Part shown: positions 1 to 10,172 of the stretch, in pieces
Numbering within the stretch: the stretch's first letter is position 1
How the letters are laid out: every line of letters starts with the position of its first letter
IMG/VR virus record: IMGVR_UViG_3300027736_000021
Strand: one strand, 5' to 3'
From: a virus
DNA: 64,000 nt
The notes under the pieces: generated by a model
Database searches by the model: none
What the model was told of the DNA's origin: nothing
Seen by the model: the letters and a program-made list of their open reading frames with translations, nothing else
Translations under genes and position numbers: made by a program

Positions 1-2
1 CT

Positions 3-854
3 CCGCTGAATGATTATCCAATGACCGATGGTTATGGTCGCCGTGTATTAACAACAACTGCTAATACAACATTGACAGTTAAAGCTACAATGGCAACAAG
101 CAATCCTGATATTGCACCATTTATTGATACTTCACGCATGAGCATGATTGCGGTTGAAAACATCATTAATGATTTGCCATTAAGTAATTCTGGAATTGTA
201 TTGTCAAGTGGTGGTACGGGTTACTCTACTAACGCCAATGCCGTTGTAACAATTACAGGTGGCGGCGGTTCAGGTGCAACTGCAGCTGCCGTAGTTACTA
301 ACAATGTGGTAACATCTGTATATCTAACTGCTGCTGGTTCTGGTTACGAAACATCACCAACAATTACATTGGTTGATGCTAATACAACACCAGGTAGCGG
401 TGTAACAATTACCTATAACGGTGAAGATAAGAAGTCTGGTGGTAACTCCAATGTTCGCTACATTACTCGCAAGGTTAATTTAGCAGATGGCTTTGACTCT
501 GGTGATTTGCGTGTTTATGTAACCGCATATAAACCATCAGGCTCAAATGTTCGTGTTTACTACAAACTATTGTCTATTTCTGACCCTGATGCATTTGAAG
601 ATAAGAACTATCAGTTGATGACACAATTGAATAATACCAACTTTGTGTCAAATAGCTATGATGATTATCGTGAAATATCATATGCTCCAGGTGTGTCAGG
701 CACAGCAAACAATTCTGTAAGTTACACTTCAGGTTCTACTTCATTTAGTAACTTTAGAACATTTGCAATTAAGATTGTATTGACTGGCACATCAACTGTT
801 GATGTTCCTAAGGTGCGTGATTTCCGTGCAATTGCTTTACCTGCAGGTAGTTAA
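3..854 (+). CDS. C-terminal part of a large baseplate/tail structural protein (truncated at window start)
   Basis: Frame open from position 3; T/S/N/G-rich; ends FAIKIVL..VPKVRDFRAIAL, like large T4-like virion proteins. Confidence 0.6.
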   Translation, partial: PLNDYPMTDGYGRRVLTTTANTTLTVKATMATSNPDIAPFIDTSRMSMIAVENIINDLPLSNSGIVLSSGGTGYSTNANAVVTITGGGGSGATAAAVVTNNVVTSVYLTAAGSGYETSPTITLVDANTTPGSGVTITYNGEDKKSGGNSNVRYITRKVNLADGFDSGDLRVYVTAYKPSGSNVRVYYKLLSISDPDAFEDKNYQLMTQLNNTNFVSNSYDDYREISYAPGVSGTANNSVSYTSGSTSFSNFRTFAIKIVLTGTSTVDVPKVRDFRAIALPAGS

Positions 855-856
855 TT

Positions 857-1081
857 ATGTTTGCTAAAGTAAAAGACCACGAAAACTTAGTAAGAGATAT
901 GAACTCCAAAGCGATTCTAAATACAGATAAATTAGCTTTGCAAGAGTATTATCAGAAAAGAGAAATGGCAAAAAAAGAACTATCTGAAAAGGTAGAATCA
1001 AAACAACGCCTAGATAAAATAGAAAACGAAATGTCAGAAATAAAAGACTTGTTGCGTGAACTTATTGGCAGAGGTAAATAA
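857..1081 (+). CDS. small conserved hypothetical protein (coiled-coil C-terminus)
   Basis: KVKDHENLVRD..SKAILNTD motif, coupled to neighbours. Confidence 0.7.
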   Translation: MFAKVKDHENLVRDMNSKAILNTDKLALQEYYQKREMAKKELSEKVESKQRLDKIENEMSEIKDLLRELIGRGK

Positions 1082-1785
1082 TGGCTATTACACAATTATC
1101 AACAGCCAATACATTCCAACAATGGCTGATTGCAACACAAGCATTAATTACCACAGCAAACACATTAACTGATGGTAATGGCGCTTCGTTTATTGCTAAC
1201 ACCAAGTTAGATGTTTCAGGCACAGGTTCACAGTTAAATGTCCGCAATAGTGCTGGTATCAATACACTCTATGCGAACAATGCAATTCTTGGTGGCTTCA
1301 CTAATGTAACCACACTTAATGTATCATCTTCTGGTTATATTGGTGGCGATTTACAAGTTAATGGTAATGTAACTGTTTCTGGTAATATCATATTAGATTC
1401 TATTGGCTTTGATGATATTATTGCCAATGGTTCTATTGAAGTTGGAAACAATTTAACAGTTAGTAAAAATACAACACTTAATAATGTAACTGCGACATAC
1501 AGTAATTTCAGTACCGCCAACGTTACAATTTTAACTGGTTCGGCCAACACAGCAATATATAGCAATATTACAATAAGTCAGGCCTTTGCCACATCGGCTG
1601 GGTTATATGCTAACTCAGCATTTTTACGGGCTAACACACCAAGTTATACTGCCAACTCTGGCTCAGGGTATGCAAATAGTGCTTTTGTATCGGCAAATAG
1701 TGGTGCCGTGTATGCGAATAGTGCGTTTACGGCTGCAAATAACGCAATTGACACCTCAATAGCTTTGTCGATTGCACTTGGATAA
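1081..1785 (+). CDS. tail fibre-like structural protein
   Basis: TFQQW N-terminus, ANSA repeats, ends IALSIALG. Confidence 0.65.
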   Translation: MAITQLSTANTFQQWLIATQALITTANTLTDGNGASFIANTKLDVSGTGSQLNVRNSAGINTLYANNAILGGFTNVTTLNVSSSGYIGGDLQVNGNVTVSGNIILDSIGFDDIIANGSIEVGNNLTVSKNTTLNNVTATYSNFSTANVTILTGSANTAIYSNITISQAFATSAGLYANSAFLRANTPSYTANSGSGYANSAFVSANSGAVYANSAFTAANNAIDTSIALSIALG

Positions 1786-1820
1786 ATACATAAATAGAGT
1801 ATTAAGGAACATAAAATAAT

Positions 1821-2147
1821 ATGGCAAATACATTCAAATCAACTGCAAATGTAAACATTGAAGTTACTTCAAATACTGTTTACACTTGTCCGTCTGCTAC
1901 TCAAACAACTCTTATTGGAATGACATTATCCAATAAATCAGCTGGTACAATTACCGCAAATGTGTTCTTACGCCGAGCTGGTGTGGATTGTTCATTAATT
2001 TCCAATGCACCAATTCTAACTGGTTCAACATTAGTGCCAATTGGCGGAGACCAAAAAGTTGTTTTACAAGCAGCCGACACACTTAAAGTTACAGTAAGTG
2101 CAAACAATGCTGTTGACACAATTGTTTCACTATTAGAAATCGCCTAA
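1821..2147 (+). CDS. small virion structural protein
   Basis: MANTFK..VYTCP..QKVVLQ..SLLEIA pattern; AAGGA SD and late-promoter-like ATAAATA upstream. Confidence 0.65.
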   Translation: MANTFKSTANVNIEVTSNTVYTCPSATQTTLIGMTLSNKSAGTITANVFLRRAGVDCSLISNAPILTGSTLVPIGGDQKVVLQAADTLKVTVSANNAVDTIVSLLEIA

Positions 2148-2156
2148 GGATAATTC

Positions 2157-4001
2157 ATGGGATATATTGGAGCAGTAGGTCCTGCATACGATCCAACTAG
2201 AGCAACTGTACCTCAGTTTGATGCTGAGCGTTTTAGTGGTAACAATTCTGCCGTTGCATTTACACTTCTAAGACAAGTTGTAAGTCCAACTGATGTGGAT
2301 GTTTTTGTTGAGAATGTTCGACAAGAACCAATTGTTGCTTACAGTATTGTAAACGGTAGCACATTAACCTTTACAGAAGCTCCACAGACCGGTACAAATA
2401 ACATCTATGTTATCTACCGTGGCTCTGGTATGTCAAATTATGCTTTTGTACCGGATGGTTCAATCTCATATGCCAAGTTAGCAAACAATATTCGTCAGTT
2501 CAACGTAGATAATTTTACTGCAAACGGAACTGGTCAAACATTTACACTCTCTGAAACTCCTGCTACTGCAAATACTGTAATAGCAGCAATTGATGGTGTA
2601 GTTCAAACTGCACCAAGTAACTATAATATTTCAGGAAGCACAATCATTTTTACATCGGCACCAGCAGCATCTGCCAATGTTACAGTAAGACATTTAGGTT
2701 TTAGAACAACATCAACAGTTACCGCATTATCAGCAGCTTCTGTAACGGCTACTGAGTTAGCCGATGGTGCTGTTACTAATGCAAAACTTGCTGGTTCTAT
2801 TACATCTGATAAAATTTCATCTGTTAATGGTGCATCACTATTAGCAAATACTATTCCAGTTAATACAGTAAGTGGTAATGTTATTGTTGCAAATACTGTA
2901 AGTAACTCTGCGTTTACTACGGGTTCTATTGAGAATTATCTGCGTAACCAAACATTAGACTTCGGTATGCGGAACAGAATCATCAACGGCGCCATGCGAA
3001 TTGACCAAAGAAATGCTGGTGCAGCTGTTACTCCAGGAAGTGGTTCAACTTATACATTAGATAGATGGGCTAGTAGTCAAAGTGCTTCATCAAAATTTTC
3101 TGTGCAACAAGATTCTTCCGCTAACACGGTTGCAGGTTTTACTAGTTCATTAAAAGTTACTTCTTTGTCTGCGTATTCTCCAACATCGGGTGAAGAATTT
3201 ATTATGTATCAGCCAATAGAAGGCTTAAACATAAGTGATTTGGGTTGGGGAACAGCTTCAGCTAAACCGGTCACATTATCATTTTGGGTTCGTTCTTCAT
3301 TAACTGGTACTTTTGGTGGGTCATTAAGAAATAGTGCAACAAATCGTTCATATCCTTTTTCCTATATCATTTCTGTCGCAAACACATGGGAATACAAAAC
3401 TGTAACCATCGCTGGCGATACATCAGGCACTTGGTTAACTACTAATGGCGTAGGAATCTATGTTAGTTTTGGACTTGGTGCTGGTTCTTCAAGAGTGGGT
3501 ACTGCTGGTGCATGGGCTGGTGCTGATTATGCTTCTGCCACAGGCGCAACATCCGTAGTTGGTACAAATGGTGCTACTTGGTATATTACTGGCGTCCAAT
3601 TGGAAGAAGGCTCTGTTCCAACTTCTTTTGAATATCGCCAACACGGTACTGAATTTGACCTTTGCCGTAGATATTTTGAAAAAATAAACTTTACAAATGT
3701 TGGCGGTGCTAATCAATATGTTGGTGGTGGTGTGGGTATGGCATACGATACAAATGATGCTCGAATACAGCTTCAATATTACCCAAAAAGAGCATCTGCA
3801 ACTGCAACTTTTTCAGGAACTATTAAGTTTGCAAATGCTGGTTCAAATAGTGGAAATTTAACAACTGCATTATTTGACAATGCTGGAACAGATACCACAT
3901 TGCTATATCGCAATGATTTATCTGGGTTAACTCGTGGTCAAGCGTATCAATTATCTGCTCAAGCAACAAATACTTATGTTTCATTTAGTGCGGAGTTATA
4001 A
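2157..4001 (+). CDS. tail fibre/adhesin, MRNRIING..SAEL family, copy 1
   Basis: Two N-terminal F.G.G..FTL..V.GV.Q repeats, RNRIINGAM..DQR module, GVQLE.GS..T.FEYR, ends SAEL. Confidence 0.75.
   Translation: MGYIGAVGPAYDPTRATVPQFDAERFSGNNSAVAFTLLRQVVSPTDVDVFVENVRQEPIVAYSIVNGSTLTFTEAPQTGTNNIYVIYRGSGMSNYAFVPDGSISYAKLANNIRQFNVDNFTANGTGQTFTLSETPATANTVIAAIDGVVQTAPSNYNISGSTIIFTSAPAASANVTVRHLGFRTTSTVTALSAASVTATELADGAVTNAKLAGSITSDKISSVNGASLLANTIPVNTVSGNVIVANTVSNSAFTTGSIENYLRNQTLDFGMRNRIINGAMRIDQRNAGAAVTPGSGSTYTLDRWASSQSASSKFSVQQDSSANTVAGFTSSLKVTSLSAYSPTSGEEFIMYQPIEGLNISDLGWGTASAKPVTLSFWVRSSLTGTFGGSLRNSATNRSYPFSYIISVANTWEYKTVTIAGDTSGTWLTTNGVGIYVSFGLGAGSSRVGTAGAWAGADYASATGATSVVGTNGATWYITGVQLEEGSVPTSFEYRQHGTEFDLCRRYFEKINFTNVGGANQYVGGGVGMAYDTNDARIQLQYYPKRASATATFSGTIKFANAGSNSGNLTTALFDNAGTDTTLLYRNDLSGLTRGQAYQLSAQATNTYVSFSAEL
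3594..3644 (+). repeat. 51-bp exact repeat, second copy at 11127-11177
   Basis: gtccaattggaagaaggctctgttccaacttcttttgaatatcgccaacac in adhesin copies 1 and 3. Confidence 0.9.
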
Positions 4002-4003
4002 AA

Positions 4004-4162
4004 ATGTATAAACAATATATTGGTGCTGATGGCACATTATCCAAAGGAATTATTCGCACAAGTGATAATGCCCATATACCTTGTGACGAAGCCAACACAG
4101 ACTACCAAGCCTACCTAAAATGGGTAGCTGAAGGTAACACTCCAGAACCTGCTGACGAATAA
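4004..4162 (+). CDS. small tail-fibre chaperone-like protein, 52 aa (not in ORF track)
   Basis: Manual translation MYKQYIGADG..IPCDEANTDYQAYLKWVAEGNTPEPADE directly after a SAEL gene. Confidence 0.75.
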   Translation: MYKQYIGADGTLSKGIIRTSDNAHIPCDEANTDYQAYLKWVAEGNTPEPADE

Positions 4163-4196
4163 CAAATAAATAAAGAATTATAAGAGAAAAAAATAG

Positions 4197-4805
4197 ATGC
4201 CTATTCAGAAAATCACCACAGGTGTAATTGATTCAATTGCTAATACGCAAATTAGTGGTAATATTGTATCTTCGCAAATTACCTCTGTTGCTAACACGCA
4301 GATTACTGGTAATATTATAGCTTCTCAGATTGCGGCGGTTAATGCTTCAACAGTAACAACAGGAACATTACCTTCAGCAAGGTTAGGATCGGATGTAATG
4401 GTGTCAGGTAATATGCCAGCGTTTAGTGCTTACGCAAGCACAGCAACATCAATTTCTGGTGGTGTTTATACAAAAGTTACTCAAAATGTAGAGGAGTTTG
4501 ATACCAACAATAATTTTGCATCTAGTAGATTTACTCCTACTGTTGCTGGTTACTACCAAGTTAATGCTGGCTCTAATACTCCAGCCTCAAACTACGCAAA
4601 TTCTGCTATTTTTAAAAATGGTAGCGTCTACAAAAGTGGAACAAATGGTAGCGGTGCAGTAAACTCATCATGTGTATCTACGCTCGTATATTTAAATGGG
4701 TCTACTGATTATGTTGAATTTTATTTTATAAATGGTTCTAGCGTAACACTAGGTACCGGAGCGGAAAATTGTTATTTCAATGGTTGTTTGGTAAGGAGTG
4801 CGTAA
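4197..4805 (+). CDS. fibre protein with C1q/TNF-like C-terminal domain, copy 1
   Basis: PAFSAY..FDTNNNF..RFTPTVAGYYQV..YLNGSTDYVE motif. Confidence 0.7.
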   Translation: MPIQKITTGVIDSIANTQISGNIVSSQITSVANTQITGNIIASQIAAVNASTVTTGTLPSARLGSDVMVSGNMPAFSAYASTATSISGGVYTKVTQNVEEFDTNNNFASSRFTPTVAGYYQVNAGSNTPASNYANSAIFKNGSVYKSGTNGSGAVNSSCVSTLVYLNGSTDYVEFYFINGSSVTLGTGAENCYFNGCLVRSA

Positions 4806-4978
4806 TGACATTAACTGAAAAAATTATGGATTTATATCCAGAATTAAAAATAGAAGATTTTTTATTTGGAACAATCACACTACAAAACGATTCAGATGGC
4901 AACGGAGCTTACATTGCTAAATGGGAACATCCAACGCTTACTAGACCAACACAAGAACAGCTTGATGCTGTATCATAA
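4805..4978 (+). CDS. XkdW-like small chaperone, copy 1
   Basis: LYPEL..LQNDSDG.G.YIAKWEHPTLTRPT; TAATG coupling. Confidence 0.65.
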   Translation: MTLTEKIMDLYPELKIEDFLFGTITLQNDSDGNGAYIAKWEHPTLTRPTQEQLDAVS

Positions 4979-4991
4979 TAAATAGACCATT

Positions 4992-6257
4992 ATGCCATTA
5001 ACAAAAGTATCGTTTTCCGTAATTCAAGTTGCTAACAATGTAACTTCTACGACTGTTGGTAACACAACATCTATTCCGTCATTTACTTTTGACCAGAATG
5101 GCGTAATTACATCAGCATCAAATACAGCAATCTCTGGTGCTGGTATCACAGCAAACACGATTGCTAACTCAGCATTCCAGACAGGTTCTATTGAGAATTA
5201 TAGTAGAGCTACTGGATTGCTTTCTGGTATGCGGAATAGAATAATCAATGGTGCGATGGTGATTGACCAGCGTAATGCTGGAGCTGCTGTTACATCAAAT
5301 GGTGCTTTTCCTGTTGATAGATTTACTGTAAGCAACGGAACTGACGGAGCGTTTTCTGCTCAACAAGATTCCTCTGTACCAGCGGGTTTTACTAAATCAA
5401 CAAAAATAACCATAACTACCGCAGATACAAGTCTTGCCGCAACACAAAATCTTTCATTTCTTCAAAGAATAGAAGGCTACAATATTGCTGATTTGAATTG
5501 GGGTAGTGCAAACGCTAAAACAGTTACGCTATCCTTTTGGGTTCGTTCTAGTCTAACTGGAACTTTTGGCGGTGCATTAAGAAATAACGATACTAATCGG
5601 TCTTATCCATATACATATTCCATTTCAGTTGCTGACACTTGGGAATACAAAACAGTAACTATAACTGGTGATACTAGTGGAACATGGGCTACTGACAATA
5701 ACACTGGAATAAACTTAATTTTTGGTCTTGGTGCTGGTGCTGATAGAAGTGGAACTGCTGGTGCTTGGAATTCAAATACTAATTCTTCTGCTACAGGAGC
5801 AGTTTCAGTTGTCGGTACTTTAAACGCTACATGGTACATCACAGGAGTTCAACTTGAGGTAGGCTCTACAGCTACTAGCTTTGATTACAGACCTTATGGA
5901 ACTGAATTACAGCTTTGCCAACGCTATTATTACAATATTTTTGGAACAGCATCCGATTTTCAAGCATTTGGTTGTGGTGTTTGGCTTTCATCAACAGTTG
6001 GAAAAGTTTTGATAGACCTTCCAGTGCCTTTGAGAGTAGTTCCAACATTAGAAGCTGCAAGTCTTAGACTTTTTGATGCCGCAGCATCAACCACTAGGTC
6101 AGCAACTGGTTTTTCCATAGCTTACACAGTAACAGCAACAAATAAAGCTTTTATTGATGTTAGTGTTGGCAGTAGTTCAGCTTCTGCTGGAGATGCTTGT
6201 TTGGCTGTATTAAATACTTCAACCAGTGCAAGAGTTGGTTTTAGTGCGGAGTTATAA
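4992..6257 (+). CDS. tail fibre/adhesin, MRNRIING..SAEL family, copy 2
   Basis: Paralogous to the C-terminal half of 2157..4001. Confidence 0.75.
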   Translation: MPLTKVSFSVIQVANNVTSTTVGNTTSIPSFTFDQNGVITSASNTAISGAGITANTIANSAFQTGSIENYSRATGLLSGMRNRIINGAMVIDQRNAGAAVTSNGAFPVDRFTVSNGTDGAFSAQQDSSVPAGFTKSTKITITTADTSLAATQNLSFLQRIEGYNIADLNWGSANAKTVTLSFWVRSSLTGTFGGALRNNDTNRSYPYTYSISVADTWEYKTVTITGDTSGTWATDNNTGINLIFGLGAGADRSGTAGAWNSNTNSSATGAVSVVGTLNATWYITGVQLEVGSTATSFDYRPYGTELQLCQRYYYNIFGTASDFQAFGCGVWLSSTVGKVLIDLPVPLRVVPTLEAASLRLFDAAASTTRSATGFSIAYTVTATNKAFIDVSVGSSSASAGDACLAVLNTSTSARVGFSAEL

Positions 6258-6258
6258 A

Positions 6259-6471
6259 ATGTATCAATTACAAAAAAATTTGATGTTAAACAAAGTTTGT
6301 GCCGTTAATAAAACTACGGATAATGGAATGATATCTATTCCCATCTATGTTGGCAACACCGACTACGCTAACTTCAAAAAAGAAGTCTTAGCTGGTGCAG
6401 AACTGCAAGATGCCGATGGGAATGTGATGACCACAGAAGAAGCTAATGCGTTCATTGGAACACTTTCATAA
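6259..6471 (+). CDS. small tail-fibre chaperone-like protein
   Basis: Follows SAEL gene; NTDYANF..GAELQDADGNVMT; C-terminus shared with 11531..11734. Confidence 0.65.
   Translation: MYQLQKNLMLNKVCAVNKTTDNGMISIPIYVGNTDYANFKKEVLAGAELQDADGNVMTTEEANAFIGTLS
6390..6431 (+). repeat. 42-bp exact repeat, second copy at 11653-11694
   Basis: agctggtgcagaactgcaagatgccgatgggaatgtgatgac in two chaperone genes. Confidence 0.9.
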
Positions 6472-6513
6472 TTAGCACATAAATAGAACATAACAGATTA
6501 AAGGTGAACTAAA

Positions 6514-6939
6514 ATCGGATATCTTGGCAACTCTCCGCAAAGCGGCGCAATCAGGTCAGAATTCTTTACTGGCAATAACTCTACGACCACATACAACTTG
6601 GCGTATGAGTATGGCAACGAAGCTTCGGTTCTCGTATTCATTGATGGCGTAAAACAAAAGACCGATTCATATGCAGTTATAAACGGTCAAATTATTTTCA
6701 CAACTGCTCCACCTAATTCTGGTACAAACAACATTGAAGTTGTTTATCTTGGTGGATCAGTTGTTACAACACCATATTTGTCCGCAGATGAATTTGGTAT
6801 CATAAGAATTAATGCTGCTGAGCTAACACAAAATGCAACCATTACCACCGGATATAACGCTAGCTCAGCCGGGCCATTAAAAGTGGCGAATAATATAACC
6901 GTAAGTGTGGCTAATAATTCCACATGGACAATATTTTAA
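6514..6939 (+). CDS. small virion structural protein, probable ATC start
   Basis: (I/M)GYLGNSP..EFFTGNNSTTTYNL resembles the MGYIG N-terminus of 2157; in-frame TGA at 6505; AAGGTG SD before ATC. Confidence 0.65.
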   Translation: MGYLGNSPQSGAIRSEFFTGNNSTTTYNLAYEYGNEASVLVFIDGVKQKTDSYAVINGQIIFTTAPPNSGTNNIEVVYLGGSVVTTPYLSADEFGIIRINAAELTQNATITTGYNASSAGPLKVANNITVSVANNSTWTIF

Positions 6940-6955
6940 CTAAAGAGATAAATTT

Positions 6956-7747
6956 ATGGCCGGACTGATAAAAGCAGACACAATATATGGCGAAAGTTCG
7001 CTACGACTAAACGTTGGTGAAGTAACTCTCATCAATGTAAATGCTACAGCGTTTAATGTCGCACAACCACTCAATGTTCAAACCAATGCAACGATAACAG
7101 GTAACCTAACTGTTCTTACAGATGCTACTTTCTCTGGCAATGTAAGGATTGAAGGTACTCAGTTCATTACCAACACCGAGATTCTTGTTGTTGAAGATAA
7201 GAACATTGAAATTGCCAATGTGGCAAACCCAACTACGACAACTGCAAACGGTGCAGGTATCACAATTCGCACAGGTCTTACAGCTTCAAGTAATAGAGAT
7301 CCAACAATTCAATGGGAACTTCCAAACCAATCATTTCTAATCAATCAAGGTATTGACATTCAGCAAGTAACAGAGCGTGCCAATGTGTCCGCAAATACCT
7401 TAAATGGTGTTTCAAACTTTGATGTGCTAGAAGGTGCTGTTAAGTTCTATACAAACAACCCAACGGGTAACTGGACAATTAATGTCCGTGGTAGTTCTTC
7501 TAATAGTTTTGATAGCATGACCGCAACAGGTGATTCTGTTACCGTGGCTTATATGGCAAACAATGGTGGTACTGCATACTATCAGACAGGATTACAGATT
7601 GACGGATTTACTCGCACAGTAAAATGGCAAGGCGGTTCTGCACCATCTTCAGGTAATGCAAGTAGTATTGATATCTACTCTATTACATTATTGAAAACTG
7701 CTGCCAATACATGGACAGTATTAGCTTCACAAACACAATACGCATAA
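6956..7747 (+). CDS. tail fibre-like protein
   Basis: VEDKNIEI..ANGAGITI module and C-terminal VKWQGGSAPSSGNASSIDIYS module. Confidence 0.65.
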   Translation: MAGLIKADTIYGESSLRLNVGEVTLINVNATAFNVAQPLNVQTNATITGNLTVLTDATFSGNVRIEGTQFITNTEILVVEDKNIEIANVANPTTTTANGAGITIRTGLTASSNRDPTIQWELPNQSFLINQGIDIQQVTERANVSANTLNGVSNFDVLEGAVKFYTNNPTGNWTINVRGSSSNSFDSMTATGDSVTVAYMANNGGTAYYQTGLQIDGFTRTVKWQGGSAPSSGNASSIDIYSITLLKTAANTWTVLASQTQYA

Positions 7748-7763
7748 TTTTAGGAATTAGATA

Positions 7764-9113
7764 ATGCCTTTATTTGGTACTCGTGGTGCAGCATCCGTAA
7801 CAGGCTTTGGCGGACTAGCCAAGCTTGGTTACCTGCTTCGTAATTCTTTAAGGTTTCGTGCTAGTGCCTCTGCTACTTTAAGCAGAACTCCAGCTAGTGC
7901 AACTAATCGTAGAACTTGGACATTTAGTGCTTGGGTAAAAAGAGGAAAATTAACATCAAACAATACAATTCTTAATGCTGGCTATCCAACTGTTTCTTGG
8001 TTTGCTTTTATCTTTGGTAGTGATGATACATTGCAAATTGCTCAAACTGCTGGTTCATCTGCTGGCTGGAAAACTGCGGCTCTTTTTCGTGACCCATCCG
8101 CTTGGTATCATGTAATTTGCGTAGTAGATACAACTTCTTCAACATCAACAATGAATGGAAGTTCTACCGATAGAATGCGTTTGTATGTAAATGGAGTTCA
8201 GTATGTGATGACTAGTGGAACAATTCCATCGCAAAACTCAGATTTACAAGTAAACAATACAATTTCACATACTATTGGTGGATATAGCAGTGAATACTAC
8301 GATGGAGAAATTGCTGAAGTTAATTTTATTGACGGAATAGCTCTTACTCCATCTTCATTTGGTAAAACTGATCCAGTAACAGGCCAATGGATTCCAATTA
8401 AATATACTGGTACTTATGGCACCAATGGATTCTATTTAAACTTTACTGATGCTTCAGCTGCAACAGCGGCTGCAATTGGTAAAGATTCTTCTGGTAACGG
8501 AAATAACTGGACACCAAACAATATTTCTGTAACTGCTGGCACTACTTACGATTCAATGACTGATGTTCCAACGCTGACTAGCGCAACTGCGGCGAACTAC
8601 CCTGTGTTAAGCCCATTGATGGGAAATGGAGCTACATTATCTAATGGAAATTTATCGATTTCTGGAGGTGATGACAATGCTTGCACAATGGCTTGTCCAC
8701 CAAGCGGCAAATGGTATGCGGAATTCTTTTACACCAATGCTTCAAATTCTTGCCATTTTGGAATTTATGACAATTCAAAATCTCCAATATCACTTAATAA
8801 TTCAATTTTGTATGTAAATAATGGTCAAGTTTATATAAATAATTCGCTTCAAACAACATGGGCTTCTTACTCTAGCGGTGATACTGTCGCTATTGCAATA
8901 GACATCACTGGCAACACAATTTATTTTTACAAAAATAATACTTTGCAAGGTTCTTACAACTTTGTTAGTGCTGCAGGTATTTCAACAAGTAATGTTATTT
9001 ACGGAGTTCGCTGTAATTCTGGTGTTACTGCCAGTGTAAACTTTGGCCAAAGACCTTTTGCCTACACTCCACCGTCTGGCTTCAAAGCTCTCAACACTTA
9101 TAACTTACCATAA
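7764..9113 (+). CDS. LamG/ConA-like lectin plus SPRY-like domain virion protein
   Basis: SLRF..TWTFSAWVKR..FRDPSAWYH..YGTNGFYLNF..GKWYAEF..NFGQRPFAYTPPSGFKAL. Confidence 0.7.
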   Translation: MPLFGTRGAASVTGFGGLAKLGYLLRNSLRFRASASATLSRTPASATNRRTWTFSAWVKRGKLTSNNTILNAGYPTVSWFAFIFGSDDTLQIAQTAGSSAGWKTAALFRDPSAWYHVICVVDTTSSTSTMNGSSTDRMRLYVNGVQYVMTSGTIPSQNSDLQVNNTISHTIGGYSSEYYDGEIAEVNFIDGIALTPSSFGKTDPVTGQWIPIKYTGTYGTNGFYLNFTDASAATAAAIGKDSSGNGNNWTPNNISVTAGTTYDSMTDVPTLTSATAANYPVLSPLMGNGATLSNGNLSISGGDDNACTMACPPSGKWYAEFFYTNASNSCHFGIYDNSKSPISLNNSILYVNNGQVYINNSLQTTWASYSSGDTVAIAIDITGNTIYFYKNNTLQGSYNFVSAAGISTSNVIYGVRCNSGVTASVNFGQRPFAYTPPSGFKALNTYNLP

Positions 9114-9115
9114 CT

Positions 9116-10141
9116 ATGCCAGTCATTAATAAACCAAATCAACATTTTGATGTTAACCTATGGACAGGTACAGGTTCTGCTGGTCAAGTGCAAACCAATA
9201 GTGGTTCAATGCAACCTGATTTTGTTTGGATTAAAAATAGAAGTAGTACCGGTGGACATTGGTGGTCAGATTCGGTTCGTGGAGCTGCAAATTATATTTC
9301 TTCTCAAAATACTGATGCAGAAGCTAGCAGTCCAGTAGGTCTTACTTCTTTTAATTCAAATGGTTTTACAGTTGGTTCAGATTCTTGGACTGGAGGCAAC
9401 GGTGCCACTTATGTTGGTTGGCAATGGAAAGCAGGCGGCACAGCAGTAACTAATACTTCAGGTACAATTACATCACAAGTGTCTGCAAATCCAACGGCAG
9501 GATTTAGTATTGTTACTTATACAGGCACAGGTAGTAACGCTACAGTAGGTCATGGTTTAGGTGTTGCACCATCAATGTATATTGTTAAGCGCAGAAGTAA
9601 TACTGGCAATTGGTATGTTTATCACATTTCAATTGGAAATACAAATAGACTAAGGCTTGATGAAACAAGCGCATCAACTGCTGAAAGTGCTGCATGGAAC
9701 AATACATCACCAACATCAACTGTATTTAGTATTGGAACTTCTGTAGATGTTAACGCCAGCACTAATACTTATGTAGCCTACTGCTTTGCACCTGTCGCTG
9801 GATACTCTGCATTTGGCAGCTATACGGGTAACGGCTCGACTGATGGTCCTTTTGTTTATCTAGGATTTAGGCCTAAATGTTTTATTGTAAAACGCACCGA
9901 CACTGCTGGATTACAATGGGAAATATTTGATTCTGCTCGTTTTACAATTAATGGAATGGATAATCCAACTTTGTATCCAAATGCAAATACCGCAGAAGCA
10001 AGTAATGCAGAAAACTATGGCGATTTTTTAAGTAACGGATTTAAACTACGTTATACAAACGGCAACTTTAATGCAAACGGTGGAACATATGTCTATGCCG
10101 CATTTGCTGAGAGCCCCTTCAAATTCGCTAACGCCCGCTGA
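9116..10141 (+). CDS. repeat-domain virion protein (PDFVWIKNR family)
   Basis: Repeated YTG.G..HGLG..P..IVKR..YVAYCFA units. Confidence 0.65.
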   Translation: MPVINKPNQHFDVNLWTGTGSAGQVQTNSGSMQPDFVWIKNRSSTGGHWWSDSVRGAANYISSQNTDAEASSPVGLTSFNSNGFTVGSDSWTGGNGATYVGWQWKAGGTAVTNTSGTITSQVSANPTAGFSIVTYTGTGSNATVGHGLGVAPSMYIVKRRSNTGNWYVYHISIGNTNRLRLDETSASTAESAAWNNTSPTSTVFSIGTSVDVNASTNTYVAYCFAPVAGYSAFGSYTGNGSTDGPFVYLGFRPKCFIVKRTDTAGLQWEIFDSARFTINGMDNPTLYPNANTAEASNAENYGDFLSNGFKLRYTNGNFNANGGTYVYAAFAESPFKFANAR

Positions 10142-10149
10142 TATAAATA
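10142..10149 (+). promoter_or_regulatory. T4-type late promoter TATAAATA
   Basis: Exact gp55 consensus before 10173; also at 21832, 33705, 36162, 38654, with near matches (ATAAATA/CTAAATA) before many structural genes. Confidence 0.75.
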
Positions 10150-10172
10150 AAAGAATAAACTAAGAGAGAATT

